32,000 nucleotides of DNA. Origin: Candidatus Arthromitus sp. SFB-rat-Yit (GTDB lineage: Bacteria > Bacillota > Clostridia > Clostridiales > Clostridiaceae). A model generated the notes under the pieces. The model was not told where the DNA came from, did no database searches, and saw only the letters and a list, made by a program, of their open reading frames with translations. Below are positions 9,218-19,634 of this stretch, one piece after another. The stretch is taken from assembly GCF_000283555.1 (NCBI RefSeq), contig NC_016012.1:1260001-1292000 (forward strand), in the 5' to 3' direction. The position numbers and the translations under genes were made by a program. Each line of letters begins with the position of its first letter. The first letter of the stretch is position 1.

Positions 9218-9247
9218 AAAAAGACTTCATCAAAATGAAGCCTTTTT
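9218..9247 (-). terminator. Terminator overlapping the 3' end of spoIID
   Basis: Minus strand AAAAAGGCTTCAT-TTTG-ATGAAGTCTTTTTTT; stop codon 9232-9230 lies inside the hairpin. Confidence 0.8.
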
Positions 9248-10195
9248 AATTTCAATATCACTATAATAATGTTTCAATATTTCATCATACTTATATCCAA
9301 GTTCAGCCATTTTACCCGCTCCCCACTGAGATAAACCAACACCATGTCCATAACCTCTAACATTCATAAATATTTTATCACCATTCTTTTTCATCTCTAT
9401 ATTACTTGAATTCAATTCAAATAAATACCTGAAATCCAATCCTCTTATAATCTCATTACCAAGTTTTATTCTATATATCGATCCAGATTCTGTATATTCC
9501 AAAATTTCAACATCATCATATTTTTTAACATTTGCATTAGAATACTCATTATTTATTCTATTTACAAACTCTTCTTCACTAAACACATACTCCTTAGTAA
9601 CATTTGGTGCATCTTGATCAAACAAACTATCAACAGATTTTAAATATGGTTCATCAAACGAAAACACTTCAGATGAATTTTCAGTTTGCCCACTCGAAAT
9701 CGCGAAATATAAAGCGTTTTTAGCTATTTCACCATCATAATACAAAACTTCTCCACTTGTTTCATCTATAGCATCTCTTATTTTTTTAATATACTCATCC
9801 TTCTTACTACCAAATTTTTGATCGTACATACTTTCGTCTATGTAAGCCTGAGAATGAATTGTATCACAAACATGAGCAATATCATGTATTTTATTTCCAC
9901 TAATCAATTTACTTATTACATATGTCCTAGATGCAACAGCTTGGGCTTTCAATGCTTCTATATCAAACTTTGCAGGCATTTCAGCAGATAAAACACCCTC
10001 TAAATATTTTTCCAATTCTATTTCTTCTACGCTATCTGTCGCATGTCTATACAATGTTATAATAATATCTTTATCTTCACTATTATAGTGAATTTGATTA
10101 TTACTAATTCCAATCACTGCTAAAGGTAATAAAAAAAATATACTCGTAAAAATAATTAACAATAATAAAAATTTCCTTAAAATATATCTAATCAA
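9230..10195 (-). CDS. spoIID: Stage II sporulation protein D, peptidoglycan lytic transglycosylase
   Basis: N-terminal TM; LEKYLEGVLSAEMPAKFDIEALKAQAVASRTYV; MNVRGYGHGVGLSQWGAGKMAELGYKYDEILKHYY. Confidence 0.95.
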   Translation of the reverse strand: MIRYILRKFLLLLIIFTSIFFLLPLAVIGISNNQIHYNSEDKDIIITLYRHATDSVEEIELEKYLEGVLSAEMPAKFDIEALKAQAVASRTYVISKLISGNKIHDIAHVCDTIHSQAYIDESMYDQKFGSKKDEYIKKIRDAIDETSGEVLYYDGEIAKNALYFAISSGQTENSSEVFSFDEPYLKSVDSLFDQDAPNVTKEYVFSEEEFVNRINNEYSNANVKKYDDVEILEYTESGSIYRIKLGNEIIRGLDFRYLFELNSSNIEMKKNGDKIFMNVRGYGHGVGLSQWGAGKMAELGYKYDEILKHYYSDIEIKKASF

Positions 10196-10257
10196 AATAC
10201 TTTACCTCTGTTAATCTTAATATATAATATTTTATTTTCCGTTAAGTTATATATTCT

Positions 10258-10290
10258 TACAAAATAAAAAAACACCCAAATAATGGATGT
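10258..10290 (-). terminator. Terminator after murA
   Basis: Minus strand AACATCC-ATTATTT-GGGTGTT followed by TTTTTATTTTGT. Confidence 0.6.
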
Positions 10291-10301
10291 TTATTTTTAT
10301 T

Positions 10302-11555
10302 TTATATTCTCTCTATATCTGCATTTAATTTCCTAAGTTTGCACTCTATTGAAGAATATCCTCTATCAATATGATATATATCTGTAATCTCACTCTCACC
10401 TTCACAAGATAATGCTGAAAGTATAAGAGCCGCACCTGCCCTTAAATCTGTAGCCTTTACAGTTGATGGCGTAAGTTTACTCACTCCCTCTATTATAGCA
10501 ACTCGATCATGTATGGAAATATTCGCTCCCATTCTACACATCTCCATAACATGCATAAATCTATTTTCAAAAATAGTTTCAATAATAGTACTAGCCCCAT
10601 TTGTTATAGATAACAATGCCATTAATTGAGGCTGCATATCAGTTGGAAATCCAGGATGTGGTAAAGTTTTTACATTAATAGGCTTTAAATCACTATCTCC
10701 ATTTACAAAAATTTCATTTCCATTAACATCCATATCTAACCCCATTTCATAAAATTTTGATAAAATAGGGTTCAAATATTCTTCATTTATTCCTTTTATA
10801 CTAAATTTACTTTTAGTAATAGCTGCAAGCACTATATAAGTTCCAGCTTCTATCCTATCATAAATAGGAATATGGCTAACTCCCCTTAACTTTTTTACAC
10901 CATTTATGACTATTTTAGATGTACCTGCACCTTGTATATCTCCACCCATACCGTTTATAAATACTGCTAAATCTACTATTTCAGGTTCTTTTGCTGCATT
11001 CTCTATTATAGTTTTCCCCTCTGCTAATGTAGCAGCCATAATTAAATTTTCAGTAGCTCCAACAGATGGAAAATCCAAATATATATTAGAACCAACCAAT
11101 CTTTTAGCTATGATCTCAACACAACCATTTACAATTGAAATATCTGCTCCCAAAGCCGCCAATCCTTTTAAATGTAAATCTATAGGTCTAAGTCCTATAT
11201 TACATCCTCCTGGCATATATATACATGCTTTGCCAAATCTAGATACTAAAGGTCCAAGTACCAAAAATGAAGCTCTCATCTTTCTTATTAAATTCTCAGA
11301 CAAATCAAGCGGAAGCATATCCTTACTATTTATTCTAAAAATTCTATTTCCCACATCTATGCTAACATTAACTTTTAAACTTTTCAGTACATCACATATG
11401 ACAAAAACATCATCAAGCATAGGTACATTCTCAATTATACATTCATCATCACATAATATTGTAGCTGCTATTATAGGTAACACGGAATTTTTAGCCGAAC
11501 TGATCTCAATCTCACCGTTAAGAGTCCTTCCACCCCTAATCCTAAATCTTTGCAT
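10302..11555 (-). CDS. murA: UDP-N-acetylglucosamine 1-carboxyvinyltransferase
   Basis: SSAKNSVLPIIAATIL, RKMRASFLVLGPL, active-site-type PGGCNIGLRPIDLHLKGL, EGESEITDIYHIDRGY. Confidence 0.96.
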   Translation of the reverse strand: MQRFRIRGGRTLNGEIEISSAKNSVLPIIAATILCDDECIIENVPMLDDVFVICDVLKSLKVNVSIDVGNRIFRINSKDMLPLDLSENLIRKMRASFLVLGPLVSRFGKACIYMPGGCNIGLRPIDLHLKGLAALGADISIVNGCVEIIAKRLVGSNIYLDFPSVGATENLIMAATLAEGKTIIENAAKEPEIVDLAVFINGMGGDIQGAGTSKIVINGVKKLRGVSHIPIYDRIEAGTYIVLAAITKSKFSIKGINEEYLNPILSKFYEMGLDMDVNGNEIFVNGDSDLKPINVKTLPHPGFPTDMQPQLMALLSITNGASTIIETIFENRFMHVMEMCRMGANISIHDRVAIIEGVSKLTPSTVKATDLRAGAALILSALSCEGESEITDIYHIDRGYSSIECKLRKLNADIERI

Positions 11556-11640
11556 GTTAGCCGCTCCTCCAAATATTATTTATCTTAAATTAAACTACAT
11601 TATATTATACGGTACCAATATACAAAGTTAATTATAATTT

Positions 11641-12753
11641 CTAATTATTACCTAAATAGTTTTTTTCTAATATATTAATTATTTTCTTTGATGTGTTTCC
11701 ATCTCCATAAACATTGCTTGCCCCTTTATTCCCAACTCCATTTTCTATTAATTCTTTCGCACACCTATATATCCTATCTTCATTCGTTCCAACTAATTCT
11801 ATCATTCCTTCTTCTATCATTTCCTCTCTCTCTGTTTCATTTCTTAAAACCAAAACTTTCTTTCCTAAATAGGGAGCTTCTTCCTGTATACCTCCTGAAT
11901 CAGTCATAACAAAAAAGCATCTCGATAATAAATTATGAGAATCATATATATCTATTGGATCTAACATATAAACATTTGATATCCCATTTAAAATAGACTT
12001 TACCGTATCTCTAACTATAGGATTTAAATGCGTTAAGAATATAAATTTTATATTTTTATATTCATTTGATATTTTCTTTATAACATTGCAAATATTTGTT
12101 ATAGGCTTACCCCAGCTCTCTCTCCTATGTGCCGTAACAACAATTACTTTATGAGAAAAATCAATTTTTTTTAATACATCATTATTAAAACTATAATCAT
12201 CACTTATTGTGTAATTCATAGTATCTATAACCGTATTACCCACAACATATATATTTTCCTCATTTATTCCTTCTTTTAACAAATTATTTTTGGAAAGACT
12301 TGTAGGTGCAAAATGATACTTTGCTAATACTCCAGTCAATTTCCTATTTGCCTCTTCTGGAAATGGAAAATATAAATCATTACTTCTTAATCCCGCCTCA
12401 ACATGACCTATATCAATTTTTTGATAAAAAGCACTTAAACTAGAACAAAAAGTTGTGGTTGTATCGCCATGTACAAGCACAACTTTAGGTTTTTCTTCCA
12501 AATATATTTTTTCAAGATTTGTCATCATAGATGTTGTTAGAGTAGTTAATGTTTGCTTTTCCTTCATAAGATTCAAATCATATTTTGGTACTATATCAAA
12601 CTTACTTAAAACATTGTCTAACATCTCTCTATGTTGAGCAGTCACACACACTATACTCTCAAAATTCTTATTTTTATCTAGTTCCTTTATAAGAGGAACC
12701 ATTTTAATCGCTTCTGGCCTTGTTCCAAAAACACTGATAACTTTTATACCCAT
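11641..12753 (-). CDS. wecB: UDP-N-acetylglucosamine 2-epimerase (non-hydrolysing)
   Basis: [73 protein letters not shown]-like region. ATG at 12753 preferred. Confidence 0.95.
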   Translation of the reverse strand: [370 protein letters not shown]

Positions 12754-12779
12754 AATATCCCTTTCAAAATATAAATTAA

Positions 12780-13805
12780 TCATTTGTCTTTTTTAAGCTG
12801 AAAAATATCAAGCTTAACCACTAAATAAATAATATAAACTAGGCTTATAAATAACAAAAGCAAGAAATTCCTTCTATTTGAAACAACCATTAAAATAGCT
12901 ATCAAGCTAAATATAATTTCAATAAAATACATAATAATAACTGCCTTCGGATGAGAATTACCTAATTTTATAAGCTTGTGATGTACATGTCCTTTATCAG
13001 CCTCCATTATAGGTAATTTTTTTAATTTACGTCGTATTATTGAAGTTAGAGTATCAAATAATGGAACTCCGCAAATAATTATTGGAATCAAAATTATAAA
13101 TTCTCCATTTATAGTGTTATTTCCATCTATTAAAATAACAGATAAAATAAATCCAATAAATTGAGCTCCAGAATCACCTATAAATATCTTAGCCTTGTAA
13201 AAATTATATGGAAGTATGCCAATTAGAGTACCACATAAAACAGAAGATATTATCGCACTAGATAAATTACCTGATATCACACTTATTATAAATATAGTAA
13301 CAAATACTATAAGTGAAATACCAGCTGCCAAACCATCTAATCCATCTATTAAATTAAATGCATTAGTGAGTACTATTACCCATACAAACATTAATGGTAT
13401 CCCTAAAAAATCAAGTGCATATGTATTTCCACCAGGTATAAATGTTATATCCTTTATATAAATATCATTGAATATCAAAATACTAATAGCAATAATCTGA
13501 ATAATCAATTTTTCTCTTGGCTTAATAGGATATATATCATCAATTATACCTCCAATTAGAATAATAGTTGAGCTAACTATTATTCTAAAATGATTATTAT
13601 CAATAAATGAATTTTGTAAAGTCAATGTTATAAGAAATGATATATATATAATTATTCCTCCCAAAAAAGGCATTGGCGTGCCATGTACCTTTCTTGTTTC
13701 TTTCGGAATATCTAAAAACTCAAATTTAAAGGAAATATTCATAAACAACGGCGTCAAAAACAATGATATCATCATACTAAAAATAAATAATGTTATATAT
13801 CTCAT
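12780..13805 (-). CDS. tagO: Undecaprenyl-phosphate GlcNAc-1-phosphate transferase family (TagO/WecA)
   Basis: RKVHGTPMPFLGGIIIY, NAFNLIDGLDGLAAGIS, YNFYKAKIFIGDSGAQFIGF, ADKGHVHHKLI; multiple TMs. Confidence 0.9.
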   Translation of the reverse strand: MRYITLFIFSMMISLFLTPLFMNISFKFEFLDIPKETRKVHGTPMPFLGGIIIYISFLITLTLQNSFIDNNHFRIIVSSTIILIGGIIDDIYPIKPREKLIIQIIAISILIFNDIYIKDITFIPGGNTYALDFLGIPLMFVWVIVLTNAFNLIDGLDGLAAGISLIVFVTIFIISVISGNLSSAIISSVLCGTLIGILPYNFYKAKIFIGDSGAQFIGFILSVILIDGNNTINGEFIILIPIIICGVPLFDTLTSIIRRKLKKLPIMEADKGHVHHKLIKLGNSHPKAVIIMYFIEIIFSLIAILMVVSNRRNFLLLLFISLVYIIYLVVKLDIFQLKKDK

Positions 13806-13892
13806 AAAATCATCCTAAATATATCATTTTAAATATGTACTTATAATTTCCAATAAATTCAAAAATTATTCTAATATGGATCATGATTATGT

Positions 13893-14522
13893 TTAGTGCG
13901 TTCCAAATATCCTGTCACCAGCATCTCCAAGCCCTGGAACTATATATCCCTTTTCATTCAATCTTTCATCAATAGCTGCAGTGTATATATTTACATCATT
14001 AAATTTAGAAGTTATTTTACTAAGCCCTTCAGGAGATGAAATTAAAGATAAAACAGTTATATCTTTAACTCCTTTCCCTTTCAAAATATTTATAGAATCA
14101 ATTATAGATCCTCCAGTTGCAATCATAGGATCTAACAACATAACTTTTGTATTTTCAATTCCAGTTGGTAATTTTGAAAAATATTCTACGATCTCAAGTG
14201 TGCTTTCATCTCTGTAAAGTCCTATATGTCCAATCCTTGCATTGGGTACAACTTCCAAAATCCCATTAAGCATTCCAAGTCCTGCTCTTAAAATAACCAC
14301 AAATGTTATCTTTTCTTCATCTATATACTTACCTCTCATAGATGTTATTGGTGTTTCAATATTTTTTTCCAAAACTTCAATATCCTTAAGAGCTTCATAC
14401 CCTAAGAATATTCCAATTTCATTACACAGTCTTCTAAAATCACTCGTAGATGTTTCTTTATTCCTCAATTGTGTTAACTTATGTTGTATCATCGGATGGT
14501 TAATTTCAAAAATATTTTTCAT
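13893..14522 (-). CDS. upp: Uracil phosphoribosyltransferase
   Basis: NHPMIQHKLTQLRNKETSTSDFRRLCNEIG, LRAGLGMLNGI, GHIGLYRDE, LLDPMIATGGS, PGLGDAGDRIFGT. ATG at 14522 has GGAGG SD. Confidence 0.97.
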   Translation of the reverse strand: MKNIFEINHPMIQHKLTQLRNKETSTSDFRRLCNEIGIFLGYEALKDIEVLEKNIETPITSMRGKYIDEEKITFVVILRAGLGMLNGILEVVPNARIGHIGLYRDESTLEIVEYFSKLPTGIENTKVMLLDPMIATGGSIIDSINILKGKGVKDITVLSLISSPEGLSKITSKFNDVNIYTAAIDERLNEKGYIVPGLGDAGDRIFGTH

Positions 14523-14997
14523 TTCTTCCTCCAAATTCATTTAACTTATCTAATACTTTATTTAATAAATAATCAAGCTTGAATAATGTCCTTTTATATA
14601 TTTCCAAATCTCCCATATAAGGATCGGATATATCACAGCTTTCATTTATAAATTCCTCAATCGTAAACAATTTATTGTTTTCTATACTAAAATTGCTTTG
14701 TATAAATTCTTTGTGATTTTTAGTAACTGATAAAATAATATCACAATTTTCTATAATTTTACTATCCAACAATTTACTTTTCCTTTTAGAATCAAATTTT
14801 TTATTATAAAATTCCTCTAAAACCTTATTTGCATTATGTGAAATATTCGTAGAATTATCTGCCATAATACCTGCAGATTCAACGCAAAATATTTTTAAAG
14901 CATTTTCCCCAAATCTATCTCTAATTTTTTCCTTAAGGATAATTTCAGCCATAATACTCCTACAAGTATTTCCTGTGCAAACAAATAATATATTCAT
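14506..14997 (-). CDS. ywlE: Low-molecular-weight phosphatase family, YwlE-like (putative protein arginine phosphatase)
   Basis: P-loop FVCTGNTCRSIMAE (Thr in CTGNTCRS as in YwlE) and SDPY motif. Confidence 0.8.
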   Translation of the reverse strand: MNILFVCTGNTCRSIMAEIILKEKIRDRFGENALKIFCVESAGIMADNSTNISHNANKVLEEFYNKKFDSKRKSKLLDSKIIENCDIILSVTKNHKEFIQSNFSIENNKLFTIEEFINESCDISDPYMGDLEIYKRTLFKLDYLLNKVLDKLNEFGGRNEKYF

Positions 14998-15009
14998 AAA
15001 ATACCTTCC

Positions 15010-16056
15010 TTATAAAGTAATTAAATTATGTGCTGCAGCCTTAAGAAGCCTATTCATAATAGCATTGGAAAAATCATCACACAAACACTCACTAACTATA
15101 AAATCACATCCTAAATCATCAAACTTTCTTATACTTTCAAATAAATTCCTACTCAATTCTAAATAATTATCCCTACTCCCAATAACTATAATCTTAATTT
15201 CATTTTTAAGTGTTTTACTAAAATCATAATAAAATTTATAATTTTCTCTTAAACATAATACACCTATATTTTTATAAAAACATTGCTTATCTTTTATATA
15301 CAAAGCTATATTTTTAAAATCTGATTTTAAAATAATCATATCCCCTTTAGGTGCATAATGTTTATATTTAAGTCCTGGAGATATCGGTTTATCTTTAACA
15401 AATTTATCATTAATTCTTCCATATAATTTCGCATTGGGTATAACACTTTTTATATCATTGATCGTAATATGTCCTGGTCTTAATATCACACCTTCATCGT
15501 TGACCATACTAATAACTGTAGATTCAAGTCCTATATAGCTTTGACTACCATCTATAATAAAATTAACCTTACCATTCAAATCATCAAAACATCTTTTTGC
15601 ACTAGTAGCACTTGGTCTTCCTGAAATATTTGCAGATGGTGCTGCAATCGGAAATCCACTTTCTTTAATCAAGTCAAGTGCAATTTGATGATTCGGCATT
15701 CTAAGTGCAACTGTTTCAAGACCTGCCGTAGTTTCATAAGGTATAATTTCCATTTTCTCTAAAATTATAGTAAGTGGTCCCGGCCAAAACTTTTCTATAA
15801 GCTTATACGTACCTTCCCCTATATTTTTTGCATATTTTGAAATTTCTTTATCCGCTATATGTACAATTAGAGGATTATCTTTCTCTCTACATTTAATATC
15901 AAATATTTTTAATACAGCATTCTTATCAATAGCATTTGCTCCAATTCCATATACAGTTTCTGTCGGAAATACGACAATTTCACCATATTTTAGAGCTTCT
16001 ATACAAGAGTTATATCCATTCTTATCATTATAAAAATCTATAATATTAGTTTCCAT
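15010..16056 (-). CDS. tsaC: Threonylcarbamoyl-AMP synthase, Sua5/YwlC type with C-terminal domain
   Basis: GEIVVFPTETVYGIGANA, KEREKDNPLIVHI-like motif, FWPGPLTIIL, AAPSANISGRPSATS, SPGLKYKHYAPKGDM. ATG at 16056 preferred. Confidence 0.93.
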   Translation of the reverse strand: METNIIDFYNDKNGYNSCIEALKYGEIVVFPTETVYGIGANAIDKNAVLKIFDIKCREKDNPLIVHIADKEISKYAKNIGEGTYKLIEKFWPGPLTIILEKMEIIPYETTAGLETVALRMPNHQIALDLIKESGFPIAAPSANISGRPSATSAKRCFDDLNGKVNFIIDGSQSYIGLESTVISMVNDEGVILRPGHITINDIKSVIPNAKLYGRINDKFVKDKPISPGLKYKHYAPKGDMIILKSDFKNIALYIKDKQCFYKNIGVLCLRENYKFYYDFSKTLKNEIKIIVIGSRDNYLELSRNLFESIRKFDDLGCDFIVSECLCDDFSNAIMNRLLKAAAHNLITL

Positions 16057-16124
16057 ACAAACACCTATATAAATATATAAATTTATCGCCATAAGATAAA
16101 ATCTTATGGCGATAAATCCAAATA

Positions 16125-17216
16125 CTATATACCTTCTCCCATTTGCTTCATTTTTTCCGATTGATCCTGTGTTATGAGTCCTTCAATTATTTCATCAATA
16201 TATCCATCCATAAAACTATCTAACTTATAAATTGTTAACCCTATTCTATGATCAGTGACTCTACCTTGAGGATAATTATATGTCCTTATCCTTTCACTAC
16301 GGTCTCCAGATCCAACCTGACTTTTTCTATCTTCAGCAATAAGCTTTAATCTTTCTTGCTCTGCAATTTCAAACAATCTAGCTCTTAAAAGTTTCATTGC
16401 CTTTTCTTTATTTTTAAGTTGAGATTTTTCATCTTGACACGATATAACTATACCACTTGGAATATGTGTAATTCTTACAGCTGAATCTGTAGTATTTACA
16501 GATTGACCACCATTACCAGAAGATCTAAATACATCTATCCTTAAATCATTTTGATTTATATCAACATCAACATCATCAACCTCAGGCAAAACCGCAACAG
16601 TTGCAGCTGACGTATGTATTCTCCCAGACGCTTCAGTATCAGGTACTCTTTGAACCCTATGTACTCCGCTCTCATACTTAAGTTTACTATAAGCTCCATT
16701 ACCTTTTATCATAAATACCACTTCTTTAAATCCACCTATATCAGTATCATTTACACTTATCATTTCAATTTTCCATCGTTTATTTTCCACGTATTTAGAA
16801 TACATTCTAAATAAATTTGAGGCAAATAAAGCAGCTTCATCTCCTCCAGTACCTGCTCTTATCTCAACAAATACATTTTTCCCATCATTTGGATCTTTAG
16901 GAAGAAGTAAGATTTTTAACTCATTTTCAATATTTATCTTGATATTTTGCAATACTTTCAGTTCTTCTTGTGCGAGTTCTCGAAATTCTTTATCTTCCTC
17001 ATCTAATAAACTTTTATTATACTCTATATCTTCTAAAACTTTTTTATATTCTCTATACTTTAACGTAATAACTTCAAGCTCTGAATGATCTCTACAAAGT
17101 TTCTGCCATTCCTTTTGATTAGACATAACCTCAGGATCACTTATTTTAATACACAACTCTTCATACTTTTGTTCTAAAAAATCTAACCTTTGAAGCATTA
17201 TAACTTTCAACTCCAT
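16125..17216 (-). CDS. prfA: Peptide chain release factor 1
   Basis: [51 protein letters not shown] (GGQ), [23 protein letters not shown]. Confidence 0.97.
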   Translation of the reverse strand: MELKVIMLQRLDFLEQKYEELCIKISDPEVMSNQKEWQKLCRDHSELEVITLKYREYKKVLEDIEYNKSLLDEEDKEFRELAQEELKVLQNIKINIENELKILLLPKDPNDGKNVFVEIRAGTGGDEAALFASNLFRMYSKYVENKRWKIEMISVNDTDIGGFKEVVFMIKGNGAYSKLKYESGVHRVQRVPDTEASGRIHTSAATVAVLPEVDDVDVDINQNDLRIDVFRSSGNGGQSVNTTDSAVRITHIPSGIVISCQDEKSQLKNKEKAMKLLRARLFEIAEQERLKLIAEDRKSQVGSGDRSERIRTYNYPQGRVTDHRIGLTIYKLDSFMDGYIDEIIEGLITQDQSEKMKQMGEGI

Positions 17217-17289
17217 GATTTTTATTTCATATAGTTAATTATTATAAGTTTTATTAATTCAAATTTCAACAATAAATCATATTACATTC

Positions 17290-19014
17290 CTACACAATTT
17301 TAGATTTATAGTACCCAACTATAACTCTATCATGTTCACTAATATCTTTATAGATATCTATATTTACAAAATTATTACTAGTCATTATATACATAATATC
17401 AAAAGCTTTATTATAAGGTATCTCAAATGCAATAAATCCATTTTCAACTAAAACTTCCTTAGCTTGTTCACAAATCTTTCTATAATAAGAAAGACCATCA
17501 TCTCCTCCATCTAAAGCTTCATGAGGCTCATAATCTCTAACATCTTTCATTAAAGTATTTATATCTTTGCTTTTTATATATGGTGGGTTTGAAACTATAC
17601 CATCAAGCTCAAGCCCATTTTTTATAAAAAATTCTAATAAATCACTCTTAACAACATAACTTCTATCTTTCAAATCGTGCATATATATATTTTCCTCAGT
17701 AACTTTTATAGGAATCTCGTAATTATCTATATATGTACAATTTACATTCTCATTATTTTTCTGTATAGATATACCCACAGCGCCACTTCCCGAACACAGA
17801 TCGCATATACTTAAAGAATTTTTACTATTGTTTAAAATCTCTAAAACCTTATCAACAAGTATTTCAGTATCAGCCCTAGGAATTAAAACTCCCTCTTTAA
17901 CTATAAAATCTATACCATAAAACTCTTTCTTTCCTATCATATAAGCAATTGGTTTTCCGTTTTTTCTTTGATTGATCAAATCCAAATACCTATTTTCATC
18001 CTCCTTCGAAACTTCAACCTCGCTTGTAAATACTTGTGTTGGTATAATACGTAAACAATACTCAATTATTAAACGAGCATCTAATGAATAAGACTCTATA
18101 TTTGCATCTCTAAGTATGGATCTACCTATCAAAAACAACTCTTTTATAGTATTTTTAACTTTTATACCCTCTGATGTTTTAAGTGCAATAATAGAAATTT
18201 CTATTTCATCATCCTTAGGTTCCTTAGTTGTAAATTTTTGAATAAGCTTTGAAATACTAAAAAGTAGGGATGAAAATACACTATCGCTTCTTTCCATGTA
18301 ATCTAATATTTCATAAGATATCCCAATTACAAGTGGAAAAATTATGAGCTCTATAAACAAATTAATTCCAAAACTATATCTTGGTATAATCAAAAATAAT
18401 ATTAAATAGCAAATCAATATGTAAATTATAAAATTACTTCCACATCTTTTATGAAATCTTGATGACTTCTTTACATTTTCTATACTAAGTTCACTCTTAC
18501 TTTCATAACAGTTAATAACTTTATGTTCGGCACCATGATACCTCAAAACCTTAGATAATTCTTCATTTGATGATATGCTCATAATATATGCAAATACCAA
18601 AAGCAATCTAATTAAAAATTTAACTCCAGATATTAATTGAATATTTTTAAAAGATGGAATTATAAATACAATTAATTCAGGTAAAACAAAAAAAACAAAT
18701 ATCAAAAATATAATGCTAAATAAGAGGGTTAAAACTTTGTTTTTACTTATAAATTTTATAAACCCCCTTGATTCATCATCTTTTTCACATGAAGTCAGTA
18801 ACTTTAAATTCCATACACTATCTCTTATAATGTTTATAAAATTAATAATACCCCTGACAAGAAATACTTTTTCAATACCTGACGGCTCTACAATATATTT
18901 TTCTCTAGTTTCAACATCTATCCTTCCACTCGATTTTCTTCGAACAATTGCACTACATTTTTTACCAGTCATAATTATTCCATCTATGAGTGCTTGTCCT
19001 CCTAATCTTTTCAC
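17290..19014 (-). CDS. prmC: Fusion: DUF1385 (YqhQ-like) membrane domain + PrmC/HemK release-factor glutamine methyltransferase
   Basis: N-terminal GGQALIDGIIMTG, RYHGAEHKVINCYE, CGSNF (DUF1385); C-terminal PIAYMIGKKEFYGIDFIVKEGVLIPRADTEILV, LCSGSGAVGISI, GIVSNPPYI (PrmC). Continuous reading frame; GTG start. Confidence 0.92.
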   Translation of the reverse strand: MKRLGGQALIDGIIMTGKKCSAIVRRKSSGRIDVETREKYIVEPSGIEKVFLVRGIINFINIIRDSVWNLKLLTSCEKDDESRGFIKFISKNKVLTLLFSIIFLIFVFFVLPELIVFIIPSFKNIQLISGVKFLIRLLLVFAYIMSISSNEELSKVLRYHGAEHKVINCYESKSELSIENVKKSSRFHKRCGSNFIIYILICYLILFLIIPRYSFGINLFIELIIFPLVIGISYEILDYMERSDSVFSSLLFSISKLIQKFTTKEPKDDEIEISIIALKTSEGIKVKNTIKELFLIGRSILRDANIESYSLDARLIIEYCLRIIPTQVFTSEVEVSKEDENRYLDLINQRKNGKPIAYMIGKKEFYGIDFIVKEGVLIPRADTEILVDKVLEILNNSKNSLSICDLCSGSGAVGISIQKNNENVNCTYIDNYEIPIKVTEENIYMHDLKDRSYVVKSDLLEFFIKNGLELDGIVSNPPYIKSKDINTLMKDVRDYEPHEALDGGDDGLSYYRKICEQAKEVLVENGFIAFEIPYNKAFDIMYIMTSNNFVNIDIYKDISEHDRVIVGYYKSKIV

Positions 19015-19049
19015 CTATTACACCCCAACTTTCAATAAATAATTAATAT

Positions 19050-19634
19050 TTATACATCACAAATTTCTCTTTTCTTAATAAAACACTTACCACAAAGCGG
19101 CTCATAACTCACATTTTCTTCCCCATCTATAACACACTGTTCACCAGAAAAAACAAACTTACCATTAATCTTCCTTCCATTTGTTATAGCTTTTTTGCCA
19201 CATTCACATATTGTTTTAAGTTCTTCTATAGAATGAGCTATAAGCAATAACCTCTCGCTTCCTTCAAATCCATTCATCAAAAAATCTGTTCTAAGACCAT
19301 AACAAATAACTGGTATATCCCAAATATTACTTATATAAAATAATTCATCAATCTGAAATTTTTTCAAAAACTGAACTTCATCAATAATAATACAGTGAAC
19401 ACTCTTTCTAAATGGTTCTAATAAAACTTTTAAACTATCTGTATTTGAAACTAAAAAATCAACTTTTCTATCTATCCCAAGACGAGATACAACCCTATCA
19501 TAACCTTTTGTATCAATACTTGGTTTTAATAATAAAACCTTCATTCCCTTTTCTTCATAATTATGTGCAACTTGAAGCATAGCTGTAGTTTTACCTGAAT
19601 TCATCGCACCATATCTAAAATATAATTTCGCCAT
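19050..19634 (-). CDS. tdk: Thymidine kinase
   Basis: LYFRYGAMNSGKTTAMLQVAHNYEEKG, IIIDEVQFL, YGLRTDF, zinc-type CxxC...CxxC (CECGKKA...CGKC). Confidence 0.96.
   Translation of the reverse strand: MAKLYFRYGAMNSGKTTAMLQVAHNYEEKGMKVLLLKPSIDTKGYDRVVSRLGIDRKVDFLVSNTDSLKVLLEPFRKSVHCIIIDEVQFLKKFQIDELFYISNIWDIPVICYGLRTDFLMNGFEGSERLLLIAHSIEELKTICECGKKAITNGRKINGKFVFSGEQCVIDGEENVSYEPLCGKCFIKKREICDV

Noticed and set aside
10906-11631. 241-aa plus-strand ORF antisense to murA
   Set aside because: Entirely explained by codon composition opposite a solid murA; no recognisable domain and Pro/Ser/Thr-rich shadow-ORF composition.
16125-17216. RF1 with GGQS instead of GGQH and PDT in the codon-recognition region
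   Set aside because: GGQ and a P-x-T motif are present, and such neighbour substitutions are within normal bacterial RF1 variation as far as I can judge.
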